From NCBI GenBank assembly GCA_012026655.1, contig JAAILG010001192.1:1-64000 (forward strand): a DNA stretch of 64,000 nucleotides, given 5' to 3'. The stretch comes from Hydrolagus affinis. Its lineage: Eukaryota. Under the pieces are notes generated by a model that was not told where the DNA came from, did no database searches, and saw nothing but the letters and a program-made list of their open reading frames with translations. How positions within the stretch are numbered: the stretch's first letter is position 1; each line of letters opens with the position of its first letter. Below are positions 24,790-39,612 of the stretch, piece by piece. The position numbers and the translations under genes are program-made.

Positions 24790-25320
24790 ATCAACAACAA
24801 CAACAACTTGGATTTATATAACGCCCGTCACTCAGGGGAGTATTCCAGAGCGCTTGATAGTGATGGAGCATGATTCCGAGCTAGGGGAAGATGTCTGTAG
24901 GCACAGTCGAACAAGATCTTCCTGAAGAAGACCTCAGGATGGGGCAAAGGCAGAGAAATAGAGGAAGAGTGCTCCAGAATTTAAGGGTGTAGTAGTCGAA
25001 AGTACAACAACAACAAAATTAAACTTTTAGAGCGCCTTTCACATTGGTAGGATGTCCCAATGGTGGTGAAATACAGGGTATGAGGGACAAGCAGGAGGCC
25101 AGAGCGAGTCGAGTGCAGGTAACAGATAGGTGGTTGGGGAGTAAGTGAGTCAAAGAGATATGGGCATGAAGTGTCAAGGCATGAAGTGATTTGAAGATGA
25201 GTGACCATCCTGAAATCAATCTGGTTGGTGATAGGGACTCATTGAAATCTGGCTAGAATTGCTATGATGAGGATACAGAGTTTAGTATGGGTAAGTGTGC
25301 AGGCAGCAAAGTTTTGAATC
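24790..25320 (-). mobile_element. Stacked L2-like LINE 3' fragments
   Basis: Two (AAC)n tails (about 24792 and 25005) with the family 3' motif and body. Confidence 0.7.
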
Positions 25321-26029
25321 GACAATATAATTTATCCAGCTACCTTTTTATTTCCCCGTGTAGCATAGTTTCTTTCTAGTCTCCTGGATCCCTCCCTTGC
25401 CTCGTTCAAGGTACACCTCAAGAACCTCCTTTTCAACCATGTCTTCTGTCACCCTCTACCATTGCTGATCCAGCCCCGAGACCCCCTTCCTCCAACCATC
25501 TCGAGTCCTATTACTTGGGACGTCCTCCCAATGTGAAAGGCACTTTGCATATGTAATTTCGTATTGTAGACTTCAGAGAATTTTAATGCTGTTGTTTCAA
25601 TCTGAATTGGGGAGTGGGGGGAAGGTATCAAAAGTGTGCTGAAGAAATGAAAATCAAAAGTAGAAGGGATATAGGAGTAAAAACAGAGAGCAGCTGTTAC
25701 TACAGCTTGACCGTTTCAAAATATGATCCTTTAACCTTTACTGTTGAGTAAAAGCAGCTCTCTTTTCAGTCTGGCAAGAAGCAAGTGGTGAATTATTCCT
25801 GTCATGCATTTAAGCTTCGGTTTTGACTGCTCCACTGATTTGTGTTTTTTTTCCAAATCATTGATCTTTTTGTGAGGAAACAAACCATTTATTTCTCATC
25901 CAATTAAAGCAATGCAGAACTGGTACATTTAGCAGATTGTATTTCTTTGCTATTTCGTAAAGTACTAGAAATAACTTTAATTGTTTCCATATTCTCATTT
26001 CGGTGTGAATTCGCTTGTGTGCACACTAC

Positions 26030-26420
26030 AAGAACAAGAAAATTACATTTATAAAGAGCCTTTCAGGTCTGGAGGACATCCCAAGGCACTGGATAGTCAG
26101 TGTTTTGGACCCGAGCTGGGGTCAGGGATTGGGCAGTGTGGAGGGCAGGGAACAAAGGGGACTGAAGGCACGGTCCAAGGTCCAAAGTCTTAGGACAGAG
26201 CTTTGACTAGACTGTTTCTGTGCTGTGGGCATGGAAGCCTGATTGGAGAGATTCGTGAGATGGGCGAGAAAGAAGCAAAGCTGGCAAGCAACGACTCGTT
26301 CCAGGACCTTGGAAAGGGAGGTTGGAGACAGGGCAGTAGATTGAGAGCAGGGATGAGTAAAGGGAGGGGTTTTTAAGGGTAGGGATTGATAATGGTCGTT
26401 TTTAAAAGGTGGTGGGAACC
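26030..26420 (-). mobile_element. L2-like LINE 3' end plus RT fragment
   Basis: 3' motif at 26030-26100; minus strand ESLQSGFHAHSTET near 26215-26255. Confidence 0.7.
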
Positions 26421-28085
26421 CCTTTAGAATAGAGTAGGATTATTGAGGATTATTTCAGTGGACAAATATGCAATATAAAAGAAAAGACCAATTATTGAAT
26501 CAAGTTGTCACCTTGGGAATCATAAAGAGAAAAACCATGCTATTTTTGCAGGTATACTGCCAAAGGTGGCATTGCTGGAAGGTAAATGCGTTACTTTCCT
26601 GCATTATCCTCTACAATATTTATATGCTTGGGCAGTATGGAAATTGCAGTTTTAAAGATCTCAGTGTCCTTGGAAATGGAAAGCAGAGCAAGAAGGAAAA
26701 GTACAGTATTAAAAAGGACTGTTGTACTTTGCCAGAAACACCCACATTGAATTTTAAATGTAATCATTTTCATATTAATATTCATGTGACCAGTACTAAT
26801 CTCAGTGATGCTCATCAGATCGATCACTGGCACAGTTTGTTTGGCATTTTGCCATTATTTTATAAGCCAGCCTCAAACAGACATTCGTATCCCTCCTGGA
26901 CCCACACCATCCAGGCGCAACCACACAGATTGGGGCTAATAATATGAATTAATTACACTAATCAGATTTAATGTAGGTTAATTGGAAAATAGACTTGCTT
27001 CCTTAACTCAGAAGAAAAAAACTGTCTGTATAAAACTTGAGGGAATACAATTTTTACACCATTAGGGAATGGGAAATATTTTAAAATTGAAAATGAGTTT
27101 TCAGTCCTGCATAACCTATAACTTATTCAAATTAAATAAGCACTTCATACATCACTATCAAATGGGGGCAAATTCTACAAAGTGCTTAATTAAGACACAG
27201 TGTTTTAATACAATATCCTATTTATTCCTTGTTACCCATTTAGCTTATTTAAATGCAACATCTTCAAAAAGCCATTGCTGGTGTTTTCCCATCATCTGTA
27301 TGGATCCTATCCTTGCCAGGGTGTCCAGTGACCAGTTTACTACCTGGACTGAAGCAATTTACAACAACAACAATTTCCATTGATATAGTACTCTTCTTGC
27401 GGGGTAGCATCCAGAGCATTTAGCTGTAAAAAGGATGGGTAGACTGGACTTATATTCCTTAGAATAGAGAATCTTCCAATTAAGGTATCAAAACAAATTG
27501 GACAGGTTAGCAAATAGCTCTTCCCTAGTTCAAATCAGAGATCAAAAGGCATTGTTTCATGCTACATGTTGTGAAGCAGGTGAATTCTCTGCACCAGAAA
27601 GCTGTGGAGGCAGTCTCAATAGAGAGACTGCTTTTTGTGTACTGGAGGTATTAAGAGATATAGCATAGAGACAGGGCATTGGCATTAAAAGATCTGACAA
27701 CATCTAGTAAACTGATGGAATGCACTACACGGTTCTAACCACTGCCCTGCATAAGATCAGCTAAATTACTACAGGTTATTACAGATCAGAAATCTCCTTT
27801 TGGAACATCGTCATGGCATCTTTAGCATCCAGCCGCCTGGACGGGTGATAATAGAAGCTGAATTCATCATCTCATCTGAAGGACGGCACCTCTGGCACTG
27901 CAGAGCTTTAAGCGTTCTGGGACGTGACCCTACGTGAGGGGTGCTATATAAATGCAAGCTGTTTTGAGCACTGTAGTTGAATTAGCAAAGCCTGACGTAG
28001 GGTTTACGATTCAGAAAAGAGAATACTGCCAACTGAGGCAGGATGAGATCTGTAGCCTCATGAACAACTCTACCAAGTATGGTAC

Positions 28086-28162
28086 CTGTAGTGTTCTGGG
28101 GCATGTTTGTCAGTCAGCAGCTGCAGGTAAATGGACGGTAATCTTCTCTTCATACACCAGTT
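28086..28162 (-). CDS. ECEL1: ECEL1 exon 17
   Basis: [25 protein letters not shown](R); 77 nt; cag|...AG|gtacca. Confidence 0.96.
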
Positions 28163-28961
28163 CTGATGAGAGAGCAGAACAGATTCAAAAGCCAGCAAAC
28201 GTACCATTATGTCGTTTGCATTAAAATAAAAGTGTCTATCATTAAAACAACACAATGTGGTTCTGTGGGAAAACAGATTGGTTATTAATGATCAGTATTC
28301 ATGAAAAAAGTGAGTCATTTGTACAGGGTGTCATTATGTGCCTTTGTGTATAGCATTTTAATTGATACATTTGCCATTCTGAACACATTTTCTGCAACAT
28401 TTGCTGTAAATTATGGTTCATCTGGAACCCGGTGAAGAAGATGCACATTTCAATGACCTGACAGAGTTCTGTGTTTAATTGCAAAAATAAAGTTTGTTAA
28501 AAGTAGAAGTGGGCATGTTTCCAAAGAATTTCATCAGTGAGGCTGGTTTTGCATGTGGGTGATACTCAAAACAGGATTTGAAAGGATGTGGTTCATGCTT
28601 GGCATGTTCCCACACACTGTAATCCCAATCCTAGCATGTCTTCATGGCCAGTCAGGCCAGACACTTGCCCTAAAGGGAAGTAGGAAGAATCAGGGAGTGA
28701 ATCATACAAAGCTGTTCTTCAGCTACTGTTTCAATTGCGATACTGGTCAGGGCCTCAAGTTTAATCGAATAGTTATCTTTGCATTTGATACAGCGCCTTA
28801 TCACATTTACATGCTGTAAAATGAATTGACTGTATATTTTGTGGGTGAAACGCGGCAGCCAATTGTGCACAGCAGGGTGCTAGTCATCGTTTGAATGACC
28901 AACTTATATTTATTTATTGACAGGAGATGCCGCAATAGAGATTCAATGAATATGATGGAGG

Positions 28962-29275
28962 CAACAACAACAAAATTACATTTGTACTTTGCCTTTCACT
29001 TCGAGAGGATGTCCCAAGGCACTGGTTAGTCAGTATTTCAGACCCGAGTTGGGGTCAGGAGGGAAAGGGGGTGGGGACCATCGAGGAGGGTCTTGAGGCG
29101 GGACTTGAAGAAGTCTAGGGAGGGGGCAAGGTGGAGGGATTGTGGGATGGAATTCCAGAGGTTGGGGACAGAGTGGCTGAAGGCTCGCCCGCCGATGGTG
29201 GGGACAAGGGTTGGTCGGGTGATAGAGGTCGCAGAGGTAGCGTGGGGCAAGGCCACGGAGGCTTTTAAAGGTGAA
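28962..29275 (-). mobile_element. L2-like LINE 3' end
   Basis: (AAC)n tail and a well-preserved family body. Confidence 0.8.
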
Positions 29276-31639
29276 AAAAAAGGCAACAGATGTTAATAAA
29301 AGATACTGATTCAGAGTGTCCTGTTTTGGGTTGATTCTACAGAAAAACTTGCATAAATCTTATCTGTATATATCGTACAGTTGCCTAAGTCCCATTCAAG
29401 AGTTTATATTTTATACAAGTTTGACATAACTAATACTTTGCATACGTCATATTAAATTCATGGTTCCCAATGACCTGTGAGATTTACGGTAAAAACTCAA
29501 TCTTCCAAAATGTAGCTTGCTAATTAATAGGGAAGTTCGGAATCTTCACAGTGAGCACAACTTTCAACGTGCTGCGGTCACATTTTTGAATCTTTGAATG
29601 GTTCTTATGTAATGTACTACACTGAGCATCTCTGCCTCACATCAGCGATGTGAATCTGTTTTGTGTACTCTGGCCAGCCTGATATACAAACGGGCTTTAT
29701 GGAGGAGAAATACTCTTCAAAGCTAGCACTATGTTTTAAAGGAGGAACTCAAGACAAACAATGGAGCGAGTACTCGACTTCAAAAGTATTTGCCCCTGGA
29801 GTTCCCTTCCCCTTTAACAGTTTGAACACTGCAATATTATTTGACATCACATCAAAAAGAGCAAGCCAACTCTTTGATTTTTATATTATTTCAAAGAACG
29901 CTATTCATAAAGATTCATTTCCTTTGTGCCCCTCCGAATTCCCACATTCACAATAATATAATTTATACAGATGTTGAGCCAAAATGCTTAAAAAAAAACA
30001 TCTTGTCTTAGATCAGAACCTGCCTGTCACATAATAGCTTCCTTTCATTGTTCTGATGTTTGTGCCCCTTCAGAGCACTGGCTTCAAACCGAGTTCAAAG
30101 AGAAAAGCTTCATCTGGGCCTAGCTGAAATGATCAGTTTTGAGGCAAGGCAAGATTTGTGGTTGATATTCTGTGTGCCTTTGGTGATACAAAAAAAGCAA
30201 AGGTCCAAAACAGACTGGCAGAGGGGGGAAGAAAGCAGAACTGAAAGCAATAACGTCATCAAGCGGAATGTGCTCCCCGCACCCCATTAACAAGTAGATG
30301 CAGAAGAGGGCAGTAAAAATAGATCTTAGTCTAGCCGTAGAGTTTTAATGGGAGAAGACACGGTCGTGTGATTTCTCTTTCATTACCAGTGCCGCTTCAG
30401 TACACAGACAACATTCCAGTCATTGAAAAAGACATCATACTCCATGCAAAAAAAAATAAACCAACAGGATACCCATGTACTGTGCCACTTAGTAGCTGGG
30501 TTTAGCCTCATGTCAGCATGACTGTCAAGGCAAGGCCATGTACTTCCCACAGGGAAGACTAGGAAAATTTCAGAATGAGTCACCCAGCAATGCTCTCATC
30601 CTTCATCCCCCCCTACCCCACCCCCCCTCTCTGCCTCCCAACCTAAAAGGTTATTTACAGAGCAGCATTGACAGAGGCTTGAAAGCAAATAATTTGTTCG
30701 CAATGCCAGATTTCTGGATGACATCCTCTTATGGAAACAGCTGTTGGAGAATATACGCAAGAAAGACCAAGTTCACAGAAAATCACAGAAAAACAGGCCA
30801 GTGTGGGACACGAGAATGTAACCAAAGCTATTCTTAGCAAGAAACATATTCTGCGCCAAATCCTGGGCAGCTTTGATGGCCGGGTGCCCAGTTTGTGTTG
30901 CATTTAAATGCATGTTGTTCAGAGACAACCTTCCAACTCACCACATTCCCGTTTTAGCAGAATCCTGAGTGACTGAAGGGCATCGCTGATTTTTATTTCA
31001 AAAAAGGCACTTTAACTAGGCAGAGACATGACCTTGAAAAATGTTAGGCCTTGGCAGCAGGAATCCTGGGCAGGTTTTGCGCTCCCTAACGGAGGTGCAG
31101 AATCTGGCCGAGGTAATAATTGTAGTAATAATAATAATCCCCACATTTGATATAGCGTCATTGAGGTGTATCAATGTGGTTGACAGAATATACTCTATGG
31201 TAAAGTGAACTGACTGTATTTTTTGGGCAAAACAAGAGAGCCAATTGCACACAGCAGTGCCCCCACAAACATCCATGGATTGAATGACCAAATTATTATC
31301 ATTTATTTAATTTTGTTGAAGGGATTCATTACCCCAATCAGATCACCTTGCAAAGACAAAACAGGAATTGAACCTTCTGATCTACATGGATTAACCTTAC
31401 ACCAGACTGTACCTTTATACACACGTTTCGGGCACAGGTGATGTCAGATAAGTCTTTATCCATTCACTGGCCAATTTTTCTCAGTTCATATGTATTCCTG
31501 TCACAGTGTATGCTTTCAAAAAAAAATGAATCGCAGCCCTTGAAAATCTTCGCTGTTAATAATTCATCCCCTTATTAAACAAAGAAAGAGTGAAGATCCG
31601 ATCATAAAATATCTGAGAGGAAATCAATTATGCTAGAAT

Positions 31640-31990
31640 CAGAGAATAATAGAATTTTTGCAGCATAGAAGGAGACCATTTGGCCCAACGTGCCTGTGCC
31701 GGCTCTTTGAAAGAGCTACCAACTAGTCCCACTCACCTGTTCTTACCCCATAGCCCCGCAAATCTTTCCTGTTTAAGTACCTATCTAATTCCCTTTTGAA
31801 AGCTATTATGAAATCTATTTCCACCATCCCTACTTGGTGCACTGTAAGAACGTAACAACTCTGGGTAAAAAAATTATCCCAGTCTCCCCTCTGGCTCTTT
31901 TGACATTATCTTAAATCCATGTCCTCTGGTTACCGACTCATCCGCCAAAGGAAACAGTTTCTCCCTATCTACTCTATCAAAACCGCCCAT
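31640..31990 (-). mobile_element. CR1 LINE 3' fragment
   Basis: 'agaaggagaccatttggcccaacgtgcctgtgccggctc..'; same family as 50535-50910. Confidence 0.75.
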
Positions 31991-32024
31991 ATTGTTCAGC
32001 TTCATTAAGTGATTTTTTTTTTAC

Positions 32025-32120
32025 CTGGGCAAATGCAATAAAGACAAGTTGCTCGTGAGTGTACTTCAGTCCTGGGAGTGGATGCTCAGGGCCATGGTCT
32101 CGAATCCATTTCTGATAAGC
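32025..32120 (-). CDS. ECEL1: ECEL1 exon 16
   Basis: [32 protein letters not shown]; 96 nt; follows a 98-nt intron; donor CAG|gtaaaa. Confidence 0.96.
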
Positions 32121-32218
32121 CTGAAACAACATAACGTAAAGGCCACGGGACTGATTGATAAGAGGTAATGATGATTAAAAATATACATATTTAATATAAC
32201 AGAGGCAATTTCGCTTAC

Positions 32219-32284
32219 ATAGTATGCAAGTTTGAGTCCTCCCATGTCAGCAATGTTTTCTCCAAGTGTAAGTTGCCCATTGAC
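32219..32284 (-). CDS. ECEL1: ECEL1 exon 15 (GENIAD, third zinc ligand)
   Basis: VNGQLTLGENIADMGGLKLAYY; 66 nt; cag|...TAT|gtaagc. Confidence 0.97.
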
Positions 32285-34413
32285 CTGTAGAGGGAGACCA
32301 AGAATAGCAAAGGAAATTACAGGCACAGTAGACTTCAACCTTTTATGTTTTTTATTTATTTTTTATCTATCTGAAACAATGTCTGTCCAGCAACTTGGGA
32401 CATCCTCCTGCCTGAAAGGCGCTATTCAAGTGTAATTTTTTTGTTTTGTTTTGCCCACAATATTTTATCATTTGTAACATATATTTTATAAATACACAGA
32501 AAATACACAGTCATTACACTTTACAGTACTGTATATCCTTTGCAGAGGTTTGACACATCTCAAAGATAAGGCGATATATCAGATGCAAGGATTATTATTA
32601 TTTGAACCCGACTGGATCTCGGTTTAACACCCAAAGGACTCACCGCAGACACTGCAGTGAATCCCCAGCACTGGAGTGTCAGCCTGGAATAAACTCAGAT
32701 TAAGTCCTGATCAAGGGGCTTTGATCGCACAATTAATAAAGTTTTGGCTCAGAGGTAAGTGAGCTATCAACTGAGCCAAACTGACAAGATTTGGGCTGTT
32801 CTTCTGAGTTTAGGACTCCATTCATCTAGATATTGTGCCTATCCTAAGCCTAAAACATTTATTAAGGTTTGTTTCATTCCTATTACATTTAAAATATTGA
32901 ACATTTCCCTGAGGTTTCTCTTCCCTGTCTAAAATGGTAACAATCTCACAAGGATAATTTAAAACATATAAATAAATAATAATAATATTTATTTATTCTA
33001 GTGCTTTTCAGGTCTTCCCACAAAGTGTACCACAAATAGTCATGGATTGAAATGACCAATTTTTTTATTATTGTGTTTTTTGGAGGAATTATTACTAGAT
33101 ATGTGGAGAAAGGAAACCTGTCCAAGGTTTCTACCTGGCCTGCCTGGATTCGAACACAGGTCTCATGCTTGTAAGGCGAGGGCTCCAACCACTGAGCTGC
33201 AGGACTCCACTGGTGGGTGTGGGTGAATTTAGATCAGGGGGTTGGTGGAGAGGTTACCTGATTTTAAAATTAGAGCTAATTTAAGAATAATGTATGTATT
33301 TGATATAGTGCCCTATCACGTAGTTGAGACGTCTCAAAGCACTTCACAGAATTACACTGTGTCATGTCTATTTTGAGGGCGAAACGCGGCAGTCAACTGC
33401 GCGCAATTTAATTCAGAGTATTGCCATTCCAGAGCTTTTAGGGAAAATATATTCTTATCCAAATTCTGCTGATACATTCTTCATGGCAGAACAAATGATT
33501 GAACATGCCTCTGTCTGGGTTTCAGTCAATCAATCAATGAAAACTTATATTTATATAGTGTCTTTCACATCGCGAGGATGTCCCAAGGTGCTGTACAGTT
33601 CGGTAGGGACAAGAGCAGGGGCGAGGGGTTGGAGTCAAACAATTTTGAGATATTCCTTACTGTGTCTACCTCACTATCTGGCAGTGGGGCTTGAAATCAA
33701 AGCGTTGCCCATTCATATCCGTGTGACAAAAGGCAGACTCAATCTATCCATCATTTCTGTACCCGCAGAGGGTAGCAGTTCAGTGGGTTCATTCCCAGTT
33801 TATTGATTATTCATTCATAGTTTGAGAACGAAAAATGATTTATATTGGCTATTGAAGACCACCTCATGAGGCCACACTGAAATTATAGGGTCAATTTAAC
33901 ATTGTTCATTTGATTCCAAAAAAACTTAAAACCTGGCTCGACGGACTAACGGGGGGAGATCCAGTCCAGACAGCTGGAATTTCTGACTAAGTGTAATTAT
34001 AATATCGGTACCAGCAATGGAATTCTTTTAATCACGAGAGCATAATATAATTATGGGACATCTAGAAGACGTGAAAAGCGCTATATCAAATGCAAGGATT
34101 TTTATTATAATACCATATAATGACTATAACAATACAGTATAATAATAATCCTTGCATTTGATATAGTGCCTTATCACATCGTTGTGATGCCATAAAGTGC
34201 TTCACAGAATATATTCTAAAACGGATTGACTGTGTATTTTGTGGGCGAAAAACGGCAGCGAATCGCGCAAAAGAGTATCCAACAAACAGGTTCAGCTAGG
34301 TTCGGAGTCCGCACACCCAGAGTTCAGTTAGATTCTACCGTATCTAAATGCAGTGTCAATTCATGGAGTGAGGGAGATAGTTCATGGAGCAAAGGAAAAA
34401 ACTGAGGACTTAC

Positions 34414-34538
34414 CCTCTGATTGTAGACGGTAAAGTTTTCATATAGGTTCACAACGCATTCTGCGCGATTTAGAAACTCGTTGTACGATTCTTCAGTCCA
34501 CCACTTTTTTAGATTGCCATATTTATCATAATGACTCC
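34414..34538 (-). CDS. ECEL1: ECEL1 exon 14
   Basis: (G)[41 protein letters not shown]; 125 nt; cag|...AGG|gtaagt. Confidence 0.96.
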
Positions 34539-35879
34539 CTGAAACAAAGGAAGTAATGATAATAATCTTTGCATTTAATACAGTGCTTTATCATAATGTT
34601 GAGGCATCTCAAAGTGTTTCACGGGATATACTGTACTATAAAGTGGATTGTTTGTACTTTGTGTGCAAAACGCAACAACCAATTGCATACAGCAGTGTCC
34701 CACAAACAGTCGTGGATTGAGTGGCCACATGTTTATTGATTTATTTTGAAGCGATTACCTCCTGGAAAGCGATCCGCCAATCGAGTAACAACCGGGTTCC
34801 TATTTGTTGCATATAGTTTTAATGACTTCAGTGGCAATTGTATATGGACGATGCAAGTATAGAATGATTCTGGGAAGATTGACTTGCAGATTTGAAAGAG
34901 TGTGAAAGAGATTGTAAAGTTTGAATTAAAGGACTGAATGAATATACATTGCAGGTTGTGGATATCAAGATGGCTGAAACTGGCAACGGTTTGAAAGAGA
35001 CTAACATTTTTGGACTAGTAGCAAACATAATGATAGTGTACAGGAACAGCAGTCTGCGATCTTTTTGAATGCAGCAGGCGAGGAAGTATTTGTGGATTAA
35101 ATAACATGACACTACTTAGAGCTGGGTAAACATTGGGTCACGATCGTTCCAACATCTATTTCACATAATTTCTTATGAAATCTAACATGCAATTAGTGGC
35201 CAAAGTGTGTCACAAGGTGAATGAGGAACCTTCGTCATTTACATTCCAATCACTGGGGCTCTGAGTAGGGGATAGCAGCATTTCTGATTGTAATATAATT
35301 CAAAATTACATTTGTATTAAAGTGCCTTTCACTTTGGGAGAATGTCCCAATATGCTGGACAGTTAAGGATTATCACCAGGAACCGACTCTTACAACTCTT
35401 GTTCCAATCACTGTGTTCCAGGGCTCTAAATGTCACATAGATTATAAAGCTTCTTGTGGTCAGATTTCAAGCCCTGAGACTTTCTGCTTTGTTTTTTTTT
35501 GCAAGTTTAAGAGTGATTGAGAGGAGGATTTACATAATCTGAATGCGCAAAGAATTAACCAAAGCCACTTGCTCTGCACAAATGAACAGATGAATAAATA
35601 CTAAAGGTTACCAGCTAATTTAGTAGACTATTAATTCTGAAACACCCTTTGTCACCTTCGAGGCCTCATGATTACTAGAGGAGAACCACTGAACTTGCTG
35701 GGATGGCATAGCTGACATTTTACTCATGGTGTGCTTATTTTCAATGTCCATGTATGCAATTTTTTGTCTTGACTTTTTCTCTTGTTGTCTTTATTCCATT
35801 TTGTTTTCCTGCGGCAGTACAAATAACCTGAATCTGTACAGTAAAGGTTCGAACAACCATCAGGACTTTTTAACCCCCC

Positions 35880-36160
35880 TACCAACTTACCACTTCCTCC
35901 GTTTTACCCGCCCCACCATTGGTGGGTGGGCCTTCAGCCTCTCTGCCGCCACCCTCTGGAACTCCATCCCACAATCCCTCCGCTACGCCCCCAGCCTTGC
36001 TTCCTTCAAGACCCTCCACTTCAACCATGCTTTTGGTCACCCTCCCTCCACCTCCACTGAACTCATCCACCAGCTCAAGTGGAGATCTGTCCAAAGCCCT
36101 GTGACATCCTCCTGACGTGAAAGGCGTTATATAAATGTAATTTATTGTTGTTGTTATTAT
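35880..36160 (+). mobile_element. L2-like LINE 3' end
   Basis: Family body and (GTT)n tail. Confidence 0.8.
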
Positions 36161-36321
36161 GACTAGTGAGAAATAATGTGTTCATTGGATAGCATTATAT
36201 ATTCACATTATATTAGATATTCACATGGGGCAGGGCCTCAGAGTGTTTAATGGTGGTGGAGCCCTCTAACGAGCCGGGGAGGGAGGAGGAGCCGGTAAGC
36301 ACAGTCACAGAGGAGGGTCTA

Positions 36322-36534
<213 letters not shown>

Positions 36535-37068
36535 TCAATAGACATTCATTGAGGATATTCCTGAAAAATACATATCTATCTGATCCCACAACCTTCCTCA
36601 TTTCTTGCCCAAAGTTAATAAGGTTGCTAACCAACAAATGACTGGAAAGGATCACAGCTCCAATCTAAACCCCATAACAGCTACATATTAGCCTGAATAC
36701 CACTCACATCTCACCCACACCTGCTGACATACAAACCTCTGGGGTCTGTCAGGCCCGGTGTCAAAATGATCACCGCAATCTAAACCTGTCACTATATTTC
36801 TCTGTGATGTGTACAGTTTATAGATGGGGGCAGTCGACAGCTGGTTCCTAAGGATGGTTTCCAAGGCAAAGACACTGGGATTAATTTAAGAAACAGCTTG
36901 ATATAATCAGAAGATGGAAGGGATGACATGATGGAACGATGAGATCAAATGGACTGACTGTAGTGCTTAACTTCTCTTGCATCGTGAGAAATTACATGTA
37001 AACTTTCGTGAACCCAATGAAAGCAAACAGCCTTATTACTGTGATTACTCATAATTTGAAATACTCAC

Positions 37069-37120
37069 TGAGGAAATTCAGGGTCGTAGAGCGTAGGTTG
37101 CAGAATTCCAGCTGGAAAGA
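37069..37120 (-). CDS. ECEL1: ECEL1 exon 12
   Basis: (V)FPAGILQPTLYDPEFP(Q); 52 nt; tag|...CA|gtgagt. Confidence 0.96.
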
Positions 37121-38961
37121 CTAAGGAAGTGAAGAGAGAGTGCGCTGAGCCCAATTTCAATGCAACATTTTACTCCCAGATGAATCTGCTTCATTTTAGT
37201 TTAAGTTACTTCAAAAAATTATCAGGGGAGGAAAAAAAAACCTTGAAACAATAGTAATCACAGAGCAAGATGTGCTTGTTGTGTGTAACTGTAAGTCAAA
37301 ATGACACATTTATACCTTAACATGTTATGAGTATATATAAATAAGTGCATAAAGTGGTGTTTTAGACCTGCTTAAATACTGTATCAATGTAGCGTTTGAA
37401 TTCTGATCTCCACTGGATGTAAAGAGACATAGAGATCTCTGCTGGGGTTGAGATCAACAAGAGATTTCTACCGCTCCCAACAACGGAACAAGCAATGAGA
37501 ATCAAACCCAAACTATCCAAAGTCCTGACTCCCAGACTCCGCCGCTGTGAAGCACTACGCGATGCTACCCCACGTGAAGGGCACTATGTCAATGCAAGTT
37601 GTTGTTGTTTTACCCCTCATGTGGTGAGGGGTAGCACAATCACTCGGAACGCAAGGCACACTGAAAAGAAAATTTCATACAGTGCCTTATATTTTCGAGA
37701 CACCCCAAAGCATTTCATAGAATATACAGTAAAGTGAATTGACTGTATGTTACGGCGCCTTGGGACGTCCTCCTGACGCGAAAGGTGCTATACAAGTGCA
37801 ATTTGTTGTTGTTTGTGGATAAAATCACCCCTAGTCACAGGGTCAGCACTTTGCCCTAAAAGTCTGTGAATGATAGAAAACAGGAGAAAGCTACTCTATG
37901 TTGGCCAATGGGCTTTTAATTTGCATAAGTATTATATTCCGTTTTTTTAAAACACTCCAATGTTTTTAAACAGATATTTTGAAAAATGTGGATCATTATC
38001 GAGCAGGTTTGCGGACTGGCATAATGTGTAGAAGTCTGCGAACAGGGATAGATAGGGTGAGTTGCTAATCGCCCCTGCAGTGGAAGAGTTGGGCGGTGGG
38101 TGTGTGTGAGGCAAGTGGAGCTCAGTGCCCCCGTATGTCAAGTGTAAATTTATAATGAAATGCACCATTATATTTGATAACATTTGTAGCTCCCACACAC
38201 AGCAGCGCAAAATGCAGGAGGTCAGAGCAAGGTTCAACTCAAACTGTAAAGTTTCATTTTTTGTCGCACGACAAATCCCTCCTCCGCTCCCCTCAACTAC
38301 AATACCAACATTTTTATAATGAATGAAATGCTACACAAGAGGGTTTTAATTGAAATACAGTCAGCATATTCCTGATTGCTCGGCTTTTATCAAACGCAGA
38401 GTTGGTAATAATTGCTATTTATCCCAGGGAAACAACAACAACAATTTGCTATACAGCTCAGAGTGTTTAATTGTGGCAAAAAGCCTTAAGCCAAGCCGGG
38501 GGAGAGGGTGGGGGGGCGGAAAGAGGTGACCGTAAACACAGTCGAAATGGGAGATCCTTAGTCGTGATCTAAAAGAGGGGAAGGAGGGGGCAAGGCGTAG
38601 GAATTAAGGGAAAGACTACCAAAGCTTTGAGGACTAGTGGCTGAAATCGTGGACACCAACAAAGGAACCAAAGGAGCGAGCAACAAACAGCCAGCTAAGT
38701 GGAAATAGTGGGTCCTGGATTGGAGAGGAAGCAGGTCAGAGAAGTAGAAAGGTACCAGGGCACGATGGGATTTGCAGACGAGTGCGAGGACAGTCATTTC
38801 AACTAAAGCAATTGCTGCATTCTGAATGTAGCTTCGATAGACAGAAAACTAACCCCTTTGTTAAAAAATTTGGATACAAGGGCTTTTTGTGGCTTTGAGA
38901 GAGAAATGTGTTTACTGGATAAGCATTTGCAATGAAATCATTTTGACTTTGAGCTACTCAC

Positions 38962-39020
38962 CCATCTGGTTTTGGGTAGACAAGTAATAAGCATTTAGAG
39001 TCTGAGGAGGAAGAAGCCAT
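38962..39020 (-). CDS. ECEL1: ECEL1 exon 11 (NAYY substrate-binding motif)
   Basis: WLLPPQTLNAYYLSTQNQM(V); 59 nt; cag|...G|gtgagt. Confidence 0.95.
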
Positions 39021-39612
39021 CTGGATAGTGAAGGGAAAAAGATATTTCCAATTACAAATTGGAACACAGACCCCACCATATCATTTCAGCACAAATACAC
39101 GAGGGACCTGAGAGCCTATTGTAAAGTTAGTGGGTTACTGGCGGAATTGGAAGAATTTAATATCACAATCAGTCTTTAGATCCAAGTGACTTGAAGAAAT
39201 CAATGTCATCACTGTTAAAAAAAAAACTTAATTGCCACTCATTGCACAGTGGTGCTCAATTTATTTATCTCCGTAAATTTCACACAGCTTTCATCATCAT
39301 CATAATAATAATAGGAAGAAGAATCCTTGCATTTGTGCCTTTCATGTTTATTTGTGGGTGAATGTGGCCATGCCCAATTTCGCACAGCCAAGGTCCCCTC
39401 TTTGGTGGGGCCTACAAAATAAATGTTTCTTGATTGAACATGTCTTGAACTGTGGCATAAACCTGCACTATTTTGTGCAGGTTATTCTGATGTATGATTA
39501 TTTTGTCGGTCAACCAAAAAACAGATTGGCGACCACTGCGCTATACCAGTGCCAGGAAGTGACTGCCAGCCCAGCCTTCACTCAGGAAAGAGAATTCAAG
39601 GGAAATACTCAC

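Noticed and set aside
26468-26947. 159-aa plus-strand ORF
   Set aside because: AT-rich intronic sequence antisense to ECEL1, with no recognisable motif or splice context
18417-28086. In-frame ECEL1-COPS7B read-through fusion
   Set aside because: Splicing exon 17 (phase 2) to the COPS7B exon 2 acceptor at 18584 is out of frame with COPS7B
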